A stretch of 32,000 nt of DNA from an uncultured delta proteobacterium (GTDB lineage Bacteria; Desulfobacterota; Syntrophia; Syntrophales; Fen-1087). The DNA is taken from the NCBI GenBank assembly GCA_963754515.1, contig CAVWGC010000005.1, positions 122,140-154,139 of the forward strand, in the 5' to 3' direction. Positions within the stretch are counted from its first letter, which is position 1. Each line of letters opens with the position of its first letter. This document shows, in pieces, positions 16,651 through 25,301 of the stretch. A model generated the notes under the pieces. It searched no databases and was not told the origin of the DNA. It saw nothing but the letters and a program-made list of their open reading frames with translations. The position numbers and the translations under genes were made by a program.

Positions 16651-18279
16651 ATGATGGATTATCCCCTGTTGTTGAGAACATTTCTGTTGCGGGCGGCAAA
16701 ATATTTCCCTAAAAAGGAACTCGTCTCCATCTATCCCCAGGAGATCTTCCGGTATACTTACGCCGATTATTTCAAACGCACATGCCAGCTCGCCAATGCC
16801 CTGGCCTCGCTGGGCATTCAAAGAGGGGATCGTGTGGCCTCTATCGCCCTGAACAGCCAGCGCCACATGGAGCTTTACTTTGGCGTTCCCTGCATGGGCG
16901 CCACGCTGCACACGGTCAATTTCCGCCTTCCTTCGCACCACCTGGTTTATGTGCTCAACCATGCCGAGGACAAAGTCCTTTTTATCGAGGAAGACTTGAT
17001 TTTCTTTGTCGAACTGATCAAGGACCAGTTGAAGACGGTGAAGCATTTCGTCATTCTCTCGCAATCGGGCCAGATGCCCCAGACCACGCTCTCGCCGGTT
17101 TATCTTTATGATGAATGGATCGCGAAGTTCCCGGATACTTATGATTTTCCGGAAGATTTGAGCGAATGGGACCCGGCGCTGCTGTGCTACACATCGGCCA
17201 CCACGGGCGACCCCAAGGGCGTCGTTTACACACACCGGGGACTCATCCTGCATAGCTACGCCGCCGGCGTCACCCTGCGTGGGTCGGAAGAGGACTGCAT
17301 GCTGCACGTGGTGCCCATGTTTCATGCCAACGCCTGGGGCATCCCCTTCCTCGGTGTCGGTCTGGGATGCAAACAGATATTCCCCGGCCGCGAGGTTCTC
17401 AATATGGAGCGCCTCTGCCGGATTATTGCCGATGAAAAAGTCACCTTCACCTGCGGTGTGCCCACCATCTGGCTGATGCTCTACCAATATCTCGAGGGCG
17501 GCGGGTTCCATGATTTTTCGTCTCTGAAATCAATTGCTTCCGGCGGTTCGGCCTGCCCACGTTTTCTCATGGAGGGGCTGAATGAAAAGTACGGATTCCC
17601 CATCATCCAGGCTTACGGCATGACGGAGACCACCCCGCTGGCCCTTGCTGCCATTCCCAAAAGCTACATGCTTGATCTGCCCAAAGAACAGATTTACGAG
17701 ATTAAAACCAGCATCGGACTGCTCGCCCCCGGACTGGAGATGAAGATCGTCAATGAGCGGGGTGCGGAAGTCGCCATGGACGGAAAGGAAGGGGGGGAAA
17801 TTCTACTGCGCGGCCCCTGGATCGCCAAAGAGTATGACCGCGATCCGGAGCGGTCCCGGCCTGTATTCGCGGACGGCTGGCTGCATACCGGCGACGTCGG
17901 AACCATCGACGCCGAGGGCTATGTCCGTCTTGTGGACCGCACCAAAGATCTTGTAAAGAGCGGCGGCGAGTGGATTTCTTCGGTGGATCTCGAAAATCTC
18001 ATCATGGCCCATCCGAAGGTGCTCGAAGCGGCCGTGATCGGCATTCCGCATCCCAAATGGCAGGAACGGCCCCTGGGCTGTGTCGTGCTGAAGCCCGGCG
18101 AAACGCTCACGAAAGAGGAATTGCAGACCTTTCTGAAGGACAAGGTCAAGGCCGGCTGGTGGATTCCCGATCACTTTGTCTTTCTGGACCAGATCCCGAA
18201 AACAAGCGTGGGCAAATTCAGTAAGAAGGAACTGCGTGAGATGGTGGCCAGCGGGAAGATTGTGATTCCCGGTGATTAA
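16651..18279 (+). CDS. AMP-dependent fatty-acid--CoA ligase (acyl-CoA synthetase)
   Basis: 542-aa ORF with AAGGAGG upstream. It has the AMP-binding motifs YTSATTGDPKGVVYTHR, QAYGMTET, GWLHTGD and PKTSVGKFSKKELR. Confidence 0.9.
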   Translation: MMDYPLLLRTFLLRAAKYFPKKELVSIYPQEIFRYTYADYFKRTCQLANALASLGIQRGDRVASIALNSQRHMELYFGVPCMGATLHTVNFRLPSHHLVYVLNHAEDKVLFIEEDLIFFVELIKDQLKTVKHFVILSQSGQMPQTTLSPVYLYDEWIAKFPDTYDFPEDLSEWDPALLCYTSATTGDPKGVVYTHRGLILHSYAAGVTLRGSEEDCMLHVVPMFHANAWGIPFLGVGLGCKQIFPGREVLNMERLCRIIADEKVTFTCGVPTIWLMLYQYLEGGGFHDFSSLKSIASGGSACPRFLMEGLNEKYGFPIIQAYGMTETTPLALAAIPKSYMLDLPKEQIYEIKTSIGLLAPGLEMKIVNERGAEVAMDGKEGGEILLRGPWIAKEYDRDPERSRPVFADGWLHTGDVGTIDAEGYVRLVDRTKDLVKSGGEWISSVDLENLIMAHPKVLEAAVIGIPHPKWQERPLGCVVLKPGETLTKEELQTFLKDKVKAGWWIPDHFVFLDQIPKTSVGKFSKKELREMVASGKIVIPGD

Positions 18280-18331
18280 AATAGGTATTGACGGTTTCAA
18301 CAATATTTGGAAAATCAAAAAAGGAGACATT

Positions 18332-18925
18332 ATGGCTATTCAATTACCTGATCTGCCCTACGCGAAAGACGCCCTGGCGCCGGTCATCAGCGCCGGCACC
18401 ATCGAATTTCATTATGGAAAGCACCATCGCGCCTACGTTGACAATGCAAACAAGTTGATCGCCGGAACGCCGTTCGAAACGGAGAACCTGGAGGCCATCA
18501 TTCAAAAGACAGCCGGCGACGCAGCCAAAGTCGGCATCTTCAACAATACCGCACAGATCTGGAATCACTCGTTTTACTGGCAATGCCTGAAGCCGGGCGG
18601 CGGCGGAGCCCCCACCGGGGCGATTGCCGCAAAGATTAGCGCGGCTTGGGGTGGCTACGACAAGTTCGTGGAAGAGCTCAAAACAGCAGGAACGACGCAG
18701 TTCGGCAGCGGCTGGGCCTGGCTTGTGCTGGATAACGGACAACTGAAAATCGTCAAGACGGCCAATGCCGACACGCCGATCGCCCACGGCCTAAAGCCCC
18801 TGCTGACACTGGACGTCTGGGAACATGCCTATTATCTCGATTATCAGAACCGCCGCCCGGACTATCTGGCCGCGGTGATCGACAAGCTGATCAACTGGGA
18901 TTTTGTCAACGAATGCCTGGCGTAG
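18332..18925 (+). CDS. sodB: Superoxide dismutase (Fe type)
   Basis: The ATG at 18332 follows AAGGAG; the track ORF starts earlier. The sequence shows LPDLPYAKDALAP...EFHYGKHHRAYV...AQIWNHSFYW...DVWEHAYYLDYQNRRPDY. Confidence 0.9.
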   Translation: MAIQLPDLPYAKDALAPVISAGTIEFHYGKHHRAYVDNANKLIAGTPFETENLEAIIQKTAGDAAKVGIFNNTAQIWNHSFYWQCLKPGGGGAPTGAIAAKISAAWGGYDKFVEELKTAGTTQFGSGWAWLVLDNGQLKIVKTANADTPIAHGLKPLLTLDVWEHAYYLDYQNRRPDYLAAVIDKLINWDFVNECLA

Positions 18926-18998
18926 AATCTTTCACGTGTACCGCCGATCGCCGGCGCGGCCGACGCGCCGGCCGGCGTTTCGACCTCCGAGGAGCAGA

Positions 18999-19685
18999 AT
19001 GGCTGATCATCTGGAAGATCACAAAGGGCACCGGGAGCGCCTGAGAAAGAAATATCGCGCCTCCGGTATCGATGCATTCCATGATTACGAGGCACTCGAA
19101 CTGCTTCTCACTTACGTCATGCGGAATGGAGACGTCAAACCGACAGCCAAGGCGCTCTTGAAAGCGTTTGACAGCATCAAGGGCGTCATCGACGCAGATA
19201 TGGCCGATCTCGAGAAGGTCCGGGGCATCGGTCCCTCTTCAGCCGTTGCGCTCAAGCTGCTCAAAGACCTTTGCGCGCTGTATCTCAAGCAGCAGGCCAT
19301 GGAGAAGCCCCAGATCACGTGCACGAGCGAACTCGTGAACTACTGCAAGGCGGTCCTCGGCGGGCTGAAGGATGAACAGTTCCGGGTAATCTACCTCAAT
19401 GCACAGAACCGGATCATCGATGATGAGTCTATTCAGGAAGGCATCGTCAACCAGGCCGTGGTCTATCCCCGGAAAGTTCTCGAAAACGCCCTGAAGCAAA
19501 AGGCTTCGGCGATCATCCTGCTCCACAACCACCCCTCCGGCAACGTCCGCCCCTCGGATGCGGATATCCGCCTGACACGGACCATTCAGGAGACGGCAAA
19601 GGTCCTTGACATCCTCGTGCATGATCACATTATTATCGGCGAGAACCGGTTTTTCAGTTTCCGGGAAGAGGGAATCATGAGCTGA
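18999..19685 (+). CDS. radC: RadC-family JAB/MPN-domain protein
   Basis: The in-frame ATG at 18999 follows GGAG. The sequence shows HRERLRKKY...DYEALELLL...ADLEKVRGIGPSSA...ILLHNHPSGNVRPSDADIRLT, which includes the JAMM-like HNHPSG motif. Confidence 0.85.
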   Translation: MADHLEDHKGHRERLRKKYRASGIDAFHDYEALELLLTYVMRNGDVKPTAKALLKAFDSIKGVIDADMADLEKVRGIGPSSAVALKLLKDLCALYLKQQAMEKPQITCTSELVNYCKAVLGGLKDEQFRVIYLNAQNRIIDDESIQEGIVNQAVVYPRKVLENALKQKASAIILLHNHPSGNVRPSDADIRLTRTIQETAKVLDILVHDHIIIGENRFFSFREEGIMS

Positions 19686-19688
19686 ACG

Positions 19689-19720
19689 AAAAAAAGGGGG
19701 GGGTCATCATAGACCCCCCC
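19689..19720 (-). terminator. Intrinsic terminator of the IHF-beta-like gene (the hairpin also abuts the radC 3' end)
   Basis: The minus-strand RNA reads gggggggtc-tatgat-gaccccccc, a 9-bp GC stem, followed by UUUUUUU. Confidence 0.7.
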
Positions 19721-19783
19721 GCTGTTACGACTCCGTAATAATTCAAAACTGTTCTTGAGGCTTGCCGGCGCTGATGGGATGGA

Positions 19784-20065
19784 CTACTTTTTACCGTCTA
19801 CGCGTTCCTTCAATTCCTTGCCTACTTTGAAGAAAGGCAACTTTTTGGACGCCACTTTGATGTTTTTACCGGTCTTCGGGTTCCTGCCCGTGTAGGCCTG
19901 ATAGTCTCTGACGACAAAACTCCCCAGACCTCTGATCTCAATCCTGCCGCTTTCTTTCAACTCATCCGTGAATCCCTTAAAAATCAGATTCACAACATCA
20001 ATCGCCTTTTTCTCTGTCAAGCCTTCCTTTTTGCTCAACACCTCAATCAGCCCGGATTTATTCAT
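19784..20065 (-). CDS. ihfB: Integration host factor beta-like HU-family DNA-binding protein
   Basis: 93-aa ORF with GAGGAGG upstream: MNKSGLIEVLSKKEGLTEKKAIDVVNLIF...RIEIRGLGSFVVRDYQAYTGRNPKTGKNIKVASKKLPFFKVGKELKERV. Confidence 0.8.
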   Translation of the reverse strand: MNKSGLIEVLSKKEGLTEKKAIDVVNLIFKGFTDELKESGRIEIRGLGSFVVRDYQAYTGRNPKTGKNIKVASKKLPFFKVGKELKERVDGKK

Positions 20066-20201
20066 AATTCCTCCTCACAATGCCTGATCCTAAAAAATTA
20101 GATCTCATCTCTATTAAGCAGGCCTGCTTCATTAACATGGTAATATGTTTTTAGTTTCGGCGACTATTATTTATTTTAAGATGAATGTCAAGACAAATTT
20201 T

Positions 20202-20933
20202 CTAATAATCCGCCGGTTTTGACGCAATTGTTAACCGGGACACCTCTTTCCTTGTCAGATGCCGGTAGGCGCCCGGCTTCAACTCGCCCAGCGCAAGATC
20301 AGATAAGGACACCCGTATGAGCCGGACCACGGGATGGCCGAGCGCCGCAAAGGCCCGCCGGATAACGCGGTTTTTGCCTTCGGCAAGGGTCAGGGCGACC
20401 CAGCAGCTTTTTGTGCTCTTTTTTTCCAGCACTGCCTTTAACGGTTTAAAAAATCCGTCATCGAGGGAAACGCCCTCGGAAAGCGCATGCATTTCACGGT
20501 TCGACAGATGGCCTTCCACCTTGACCCGGTACGTCCTGGTCACCTGATACCGAGGATGCTGGAGCCTCTGGGCAAACACACCGTCGTTGGTCAGCAGCAA
20601 CAGGCCCTCCGAGTCATAATCCAGCCGCCCCACGGGAAAAACACGTTCATGGATACCGGGCAGCAAGTCTGTTACGATCGGCCTGTTCTGAGGATCGTCG
20701 AGGGTCGTGACATATCCGCGCGGCTTGTTCAGCAACAGGTATATCTTGCTTTCTGCGACGGAAATCAGACGGCCGTCGACACGGATATCGTCTTTGTCCG
20801 GATCGGCCATGGCGCCCATCTCAACAATCCGCATGCCGTTGATCGTGACCCGGCCTTCGAGGATCATCTTTTCAGCGGCGCGCCGGGACGCAACCCCGGC
20901 CTGGGCAATGATTTTCTGAGTGCGCGCTTTCAT
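20202..20933 (-). CDS. rluB: 23S rRNA pseudouridine synthase, RsuA/RluB family
   Basis: 243-aa ORF with an S4 domain (AQAGVASRRAAEKMILEGRVTING) and the catalytic motif GRLDYDSEGLLLLTNDG. Its start overlaps the scpB stop (ATGA). Confidence 0.85.
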   Translation of the reverse strand: MKARTQKIIAQAGVASRRAAEKMILEGRVTINGMRIVEMGAMADPDKDDIRVDGRLISVAESKIYLLLNKPRGYVTTLDDPQNRPIVTDLLPGIHERVFPVGRLDYDSEGLLLLTNDGVFAQRLQHPRYQVTRTYRVKVEGHLSNREMHALSEGVSLDDGFFKPLKAVLEKKSTKSCWVALTLAEGKNRVIRRAFAALGHPVVRLIRVSLSDLALGELKPGAYRHLTRKEVSRLTIASKPADY

Positions 20934-21451
20934 TCCTGCAATTCCTTAAGCTCTCGAAGGGTCGGCAGGGCCGACAAGTCCTGAAGATTAAAAACCTCAA
21001 GGAATTTGCGAGTTGTTCCATAGAGAATCGGCCTGCCGGGAACATCCTTGCGCCCGACGATTCTGGCCAGCTTCTTCTCCAGCAGTCCCCTGAGGGAACC
21101 CGCGGTATCTACTCCGCGGAACCTGTCGATATCCGCCTTGACAACCGGCTGACGGTAGGCAATGATCGCAAGCGTCTCCAGGGCGGCCGGGCTCACTCCT
21201 ACCGGCTTTGCGGTTCTTAATTTTTTTACCCAGACGCTGAGGTCGGGACGGGTCTGGAACTGGTATCCGCCGGCAACGGCCTGAATGCAAACCCCTCCCT
21301 TTCTTTCTTCATAATCTCCTGCCAGTTCCTGAAGCGCCCCGCTGATGAAAGCCTTTTCGGTCCCTGCCAGGATTTCTGCTATCCGCTCGACTGACAACGG
21401 CGCCTCTGATGCAAACAACAGGGCCTCAATGATTGCCTTCTTCTCCTCCAT
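20930..21451 (-). CDS. scpB: Segregation and condensation protein B
   Basis: 173-aa ORF: IIEALLFASEAPLSVERIAEIL...GGYQFQTRPD...SPAALETLAIIAYRQPVVKADIDRFRGV. Confidence 0.9.
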   Translation of the reverse strand: MEEKKAIIEALLFASEAPLSVERIAEILAGTEKAFISGALQELAGDYEERKGGVCIQAVAGGYQFQTRPDLSVWVKKLRTAKPVGVSPAALETLAIIAYRQPVVKADIDRFRGVDTAGSLRGLLEKKLARIVGRKDVPGRPILYGTTRKFLEVFNLQDLSALPTLRELKELQE

Positions 21452-21454
21452 TGA

Positions 21455-22171
21455 TCACTCCATGGCCAGAAACAGTCGGATTGCTCCGTAGGATTCACTC
21501 TGATATGCCTTAATCAATCTGAGTTTCATGAGTTCCAATAGTGCCAGAAAGGTGAAAAGAATCCAACGGCGGTCGGTTCTTGCTCCGATCAGTTCGATAA
21601 AAGTCAGGTGCTTGCGTTCCATGAGCCGGTCCATGATTTCATTGATACGGTCGGCCAGGGACATCTCCTCCGCCTCAATTTCGATCATATCGGCCTTGTC
21701 CAGCCGGGCCAAAATCTGTTGAAAGGCCTTGACCAGATCAAAGACATCCATTTCCACAAAGACCCCAGGGTCTTCCAAATCGTTCGGCTCGGCCACAGGG
21801 CAGTGCCGGGTAAAAACATCTCTTTCCAGTAACGGCCTTCTGTCCAGCTCCAGCGCCGCCTCCTTGAAGGCTTGATAATCCAGAAGCTGTCTGACCAGCT
21901 CGGCACGGGGATCATCTTCATCCTGATTTGACGGATCTTCTTCCACCGGCAGGAGCAGTCTGGATTTAATGTGAAGCAAGGTCGCTGCAAGCACCAGAAA
22001 TTCTCCGGCAAGGTCGAGATTGAGGGAGCGCAGCATTTCAATATATTCAAGATATTGCCGGGTAATCAGTGCAATGGGGATGTCGTAGATCTCAATCTCG
22101 TTTTTTTTAATGAGATACAATAGCAGATCCAGCGGACCTTCAAAGATGTCAAGCTTGATCTCATAAGCCAT
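21455..22171 (-). CDS. scpA: Segregation and condensation protein A
   Basis: The ATG at 22171 gives MAYEIKLDIFEGPLDLLLYLIKKNEIEIYDIPIALITRQYLEYI, the canonical ScpA N-terminus. The longer track ORF start overlaps trpS. Confidence 0.9.
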   Translation of the reverse strand: MAYEIKLDIFEGPLDLLLYLIKKNEIEIYDIPIALITRQYLEYIEMLRSLNLDLAGEFLVLAATLLHIKSRLLLPVEEDPSNQDEDDPRAELVRQLLDYQAFKEAALELDRRPLLERDVFTRHCPVAEPNDLEDPGVFVEMDVFDLVKAFQQILARLDKADMIEIEAEEMSLADRINEIMDRLMERKHLTFIELIGARTDRRWILFTFLALLELMKLRLIKAYQSESYGAIRLFLAME

Positions 22172-22172
22172 A

Positions 22173-23165
22173 TCAAATTCTAACCGCTTCCCGGACCTCC
22201 TCCATCGTAAGCCGGGCAATCCTGGCAGCCCGGTCGTTTCCGTTCTCGATTATGGCACGGACCTCGTCCGGATGATGAAGGTAATAATCCCGGCGTTCAT
22301 GCACCGGGCTCATGGCCTCTGCAATACGGGAGGACAATTGTCGTTTGCAATCCGTGCAACCGATGCCGGCATTGCCGCATTCAACACGGACACGTTCTAC
22401 ATCCTCCCTCGGCGAATAGATCTGATGAAAGGTGTAGACATTACAGATTTCCGGTCTCCCCGGGTCCTTTCTTCGCATGCGTTGCGGGTCCGTGAACATG
22501 GCGGAGACCTTGTCCTTCAGAACCTTTCCCCGATCACTGATATAAATAGAATTTTCGTAGGACTTGCTCATTTTCCGCCCGTCAATGCCGAGCAGCTTTG
22601 GGAAATCGGTCAGCAGCGGTTCCGGAATGGGAAAGATTTCCCTGTACAGGAAATTGAAGCGGCGGGCAATTTCCCGGGTGAGCTCCACATGGGGAAGCTG
22701 GTCGACGCCGACCGGCACACCACTGGCCTTGTACATAATAATATCAGCGGCCTGCAATACCGGATAGCCTAAAAAACCGAACGTAGAAAGATCTTTCCCC
22801 GATAGTTCCGCTCTCATTTCTTTATAGGTCGGATTGCGCTCCAGCCATGCGAGCGGGGTGATCATACTGAGAATAACGAACAGTTCGGCATGTTCCTTGA
22901 TGTCGGATTGCACGAACAGGGTGCTCTTCTCCGGATCCAGTCCGGCGCTTAGCCAGTCAATGATCATGTCGATACGGTTGCCTTGAATGTCGCCTGTATC
23001 GCTGTAATCACTGGTCAGAGCATGCCAGTCCGCCACAAAATAATAACACTCAAATCCTTGTTGCTCCTGAAGATCAATCCAGTTTTTCAATGCTCCCTGC
23101 AGGTTGCCCAGATGAAGCTTTCCCGTCGGACGCATTCCGCTTAATATCCGTTTTCTTGTTACCAT
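22173..23165 (-). CDS. trpS: Tryptophan--tRNA ligase with a C-terminal four-cysteine motif
   Basis: The ATG at 23165 gives MVTRKRILSGMRPTGKLHLGN (HIGH motif), and KMSKS is present. Four cysteines are spaced C241-x21-C263-x6-C270-x2-C273. Confidence 0.92.
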   Translation of the reverse strand: MVTRKRILSGMRPTGKLHLGNLQGALKNWIDLQEQQGFECYYFVADWHALTSDYSDTGDIQGNRIDMIIDWLSAGLDPEKSTLFVQSDIKEHAELFVILSMITPLAWLERNPTYKEMRAELSGKDLSTFGFLGYPVLQAADIIMYKASGVPVGVDQLPHVELTREIARRFNFLYREIFPIPEPLLTDFPKLLGIDGRKMSKSYENSIYISDRGKVLKDKVSAMFTDPQRMRRKDPGRPEICNVYTFHQIYSPREDVERVRVECGNAGIGCTDCKRQLSSRIAEAMSPVHERRDYYLHHPDEVRAIIENGNDRAARIARLTMEEVREAVRI

Positions 23166-23201
23166 TTGCGCTCCAAGGAACTTTTCCGTCCGTTCTAAAC
23201 G

Positions 23202-23243
23202 CACCAAGGCCTCCGGAACAAGACAACGCCGGAGGCCTTGGTG
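23202..23243 (-). terminator. Strong hairpin between hup and trpS (terminator or attenuator-like, weak U tract)
   Basis: caccaaggcctccgg-12 nt-ccggaggccttggtg forms a perfect 15-bp stem. On the minus strand it is followed only by cGUUUag. Confidence 0.45.
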
Positions 23244-23264
23244 GTATAATGCCTAACAAAATAA

Positions 23265-23537
23265 TTATTTCACTTTGTCGGCTAAAGCCTTACCAGCCTT
23301 GAACTTCACGACTTTCTTCGCCGCTATCTTGATTGTTTTTCCAGTCTGGGGATTTCTGCCTTCTCTCGCCTTTCTCCTGATCACAGAAAATGTCCCAAAG
23401 CCAACAAGGCCCAGTTTCCCGCTTTTCTTGAGTTCCTTCGCGACCGTCCCAATGTAGGACTCCAAGGCCTTTGCTGCTGCCGCTTTAGAAATCCCTGCAC
23501 CACCAGCCATTGCACCGATCAGTTCTGCCTTTGTCAT
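23265..23537 (-). CDS. hup: HU-family nucleoid protein
   Basis: The ATG at 23537 follows GGAAGG. The sequence is MTKAELIGAMAGGAGISKAAAAKALESYIGTV...GFGTFSVIRRKAREGRNPQTGKTIKIAAKKVVKFKAGKAL. Confidence 0.88.
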   Translation of the reverse strand: MTKAELIGAMAGGAGISKAAAAKALESYIGTVAKELKKSGKLGLVGFGTFSVIRRKAREGRNPQTGKTIKIAAKKVVKFKAGKALADKVK

Positions 23538-23897
23538 GCCTTCCGTTCCCCCTTTCAACATTGTTTTGTTAAATTAACCGGCCCTCTCCACACGGGCCGA
23601 CATTCTTCGCGCATCAGCGTTTCCGCAATTTCCCGCAGGAAAAAACAACTATTGTTTTATATTAAATCACCAATTAATCATCGCCCGTGAAACGGCATAC
23701 CCAATATACACCAACCCTCGCTAAAATCGAACCAGCCTGAGATGCCGCACTTCTAGCCGAGGTTTCGCAATGCCTAACACAAAGAAATATGAGAATCAAG
23801 CAAAATTGTGCGATTCGTAAAAATATTTTCGTCCTTCTTCTTGCCGAATATTAGCTTTCGTAACAACCCATAATTTAAAATAAATATCTTTTTTTGC

Positions 23898-23926
23898 TTG
23901 ACAATTATTTTTGACTATGCTATATA
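23898..23926 (+). promoter_or_regulatory. Near-consensus sigma70 promoter upstream of the PxxKW gene
   Basis: TTGACA (23898-23903), a 17-nt spacer, then TATATA (23921-23926), in an AT-rich context. Confidence 0.55.
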
Positions 23927-24005
23927 TAAAAAGTTTTAAATTAACGGATATGTAGGGGCTATTTCAAGGGCCTCGCATGATGAATGTAAGAAAGGAACTT
24001 TCGAA

Positions 24006-24287
24006 ATGATTTGTCAAACCATCAAGGCTGGCGTCGATTGTGGCTTTATGTCAAAAAAGGGCTGCGGATTCAAAGGAGACGCTTGCCATCCCGTTGTCGA
24101 TCAATGCGAGGGCTGTATCAAAATTACGGATCTCCCCACGGGGAGGTATTGCAAGATCTATCCGGAACCGGCCGTTAAATGGTTATCGGGGAGATGCGCG
24201 ATGGCCACTCACATCAAAATTGACGTCAAGGAAGCAGTTCAGAAAATAAATCCCCTGAAAGCCTCGAAGCGCGCCAATAAAAAATAG
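24006..24287 (+). CDS. PxxKW-family cysteine-rich protein (function unknown)
   Basis: 93-aa ORF with 8 Cys (C3, C12, C20, C27, C34, C37, C49, C64) and the motif YPEPAVKW. The family name is recalled from NCBI annotations. It is flanked by its own promoter and terminator. Confidence 0.7.
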   Translation: MICQTIKAGVDCGFMSKKGCGFKGDACHPVVDQCEGCIKITDLPTGRYCKIYPEPAVKWLSGRCAMATHIKIDVKEAVQKINPLKASKRANKK

Positions 24288-24310
24288 CAGTGCCCGTAAT
24301 CCGAAAGACA

Positions 24311-24348
24311 ACAAAGTCGATTAACATCTAATCGGCTTTGTCATTTTA
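24311..24348 (+). terminator. Intrinsic terminator of the PxxKW gene
   Basis: acaaagtcgatta-acatc-taatcggctttgt forms a 13-bp stem with one G-U pair, followed by cATTTTaa. Confidence 0.6.
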
Positions 24349-24375
24349 ACGCGCCAGCTCCCGCGGAAAGGCCGA

Positions 24376-24717
24376 TCACTGCAGTATTTCTCTCACCTGC
24401 TGCAGGAGATTTTTTATCTCCATCAACCGGCTTTTGTATTCCTCGGCGCCATCGTCGTTTTCTTCATCATTCCCTCTGATGGCCAGTCTTCGTTTCGCGC
24501 CGGCAATGGTGAAGTGGTCAACATAGAGGAGATGCTTGATTGTCAGGAGCATTTCCACATCCCGGCGCCTGTAGAGACGCTGGTCGGACCGGGTGCGAAC
24601 TGGCTTGACAGCTTTGAATTCCGACTCCCAATAACGGACCACATAAGGCTCTACGCCGAGGATCTTACCGACTTCACCAATCCGGAAATAGATTTTGTCG
24701 GGAATCGATGCATCCAT
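24376..24717 (-). CDS. MerR-family transcriptional regulator
   Basis: The ATG at 24717 follows GAGGA; the track ORF begins at an upstream TTG. The helix-turn-helix region is YFRIGEVGKILGVEPYVVRYWESEFKAVKPVRTRSDQRLYRRRDVEMLLTIKHLL. It has an acidic C-terminal tail. Confidence 0.8.
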   Translation of the reverse strand: MDASIPDKIYFRIGEVGKILGVEPYVVRYWESEFKAVKPVRTRSDQRLYRRRDVEMLLTIKHLLYVDHFTIAGAKRRLAIRGNDEENDDGAEEYKSRLMEIKNLLQQVREILQ

Positions 24718-24988
24718 GCCAATCCTCAGTCCTAAGATCAATGCGCATAACGGTTAACCGCCACATGCTTGTAAGGACTTTGCCTTCTGTTGAAAAAGGA
24801 TCCGCAAGCGGCGAATCAAATGTTCACCTTTTTAGAGCTGACGTCAACGTCTTGTCCAACATCATGACAACGCCTGGTCTTTTTCTTATCGAAAAAGATT
24901 CCCCAATCGCAGGCGTTGGCCACTTTTTCAATGGGTTAGCTTGGTTTTCAGGATTGCTCAACAGAAGCATCCGGGGCTCCAGCCTCCA

Positions 24989-25264
24989 TCATTTATTCAG
25001 GGCTTTGCGGAGCACCTGTGATGATTTAAAGGTCAGCACCCTCCTGGCGGTGATTTGGATCTCATCGCCGGTCTGTGGATTCCTGCCCCGACGGGATTTC
25101 TTTTCCTTCACGAGGAAATTGCCAAAACCGGAAATTTTGATGCGTTCACCGCGCGCGAGGCTGTCTTTCATGATATCAAAAACAGACTCTACGATCCGGG
25201 CTGAATCCTTTTTCGAAAACCCCAACTTGTCATAAACATCGTGAATGATATCGATTTTGGTCAT
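24989..25264 (-). CDS. ihfA: Integration host factor subunit alpha
   Basis: 91-aa ORF directly downstream of pheT: MTKIDIIHDVYDKLGFSKKDSARIVESVFDIMKDSLARGERIKISGFGNFLVKEKKSRRGRNPQTGDEIQITARRVLTFK. Confidence 0.88.
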   Translation of the reverse strand: MTKIDIIHDVYDKLGFSKKDSARIVESVFDIMKDSLARGERIKISGFGNFLVKEKKSRRGRNPQTGDEIQITARRVLTFKSSQVLRKALNK

Positions 25265-25301
25265 TTTATTCCTCCTGTCCTCTTGTCATATTTATTGTCA
25301 T

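Noticed and set aside
16549-17511. 320-aa ORF antisense to the acyl-CoA ligase. Similar long antisense or shifted ORFs occur at 30122..31606, 26916..27713, 27902..28714, 25617..26183, 3213..4010, 3835..4584, 4070..4717, 1634..2305, 11818..12483, 13265..13756, 15523..16203, 17803..18330, 18344..18787, 19239..19628, 20487..20984, 22272..22772 and 24708..25235.
   Set aside because: Each lies opposite to, or out of frame with, a gene whose translation carries unmistakable conserved motifs. Their own translations are Arg/Gly/Pro-rich and low-complexity, as expected for stop-depleted alternative frames in GC-rich coding DNA.
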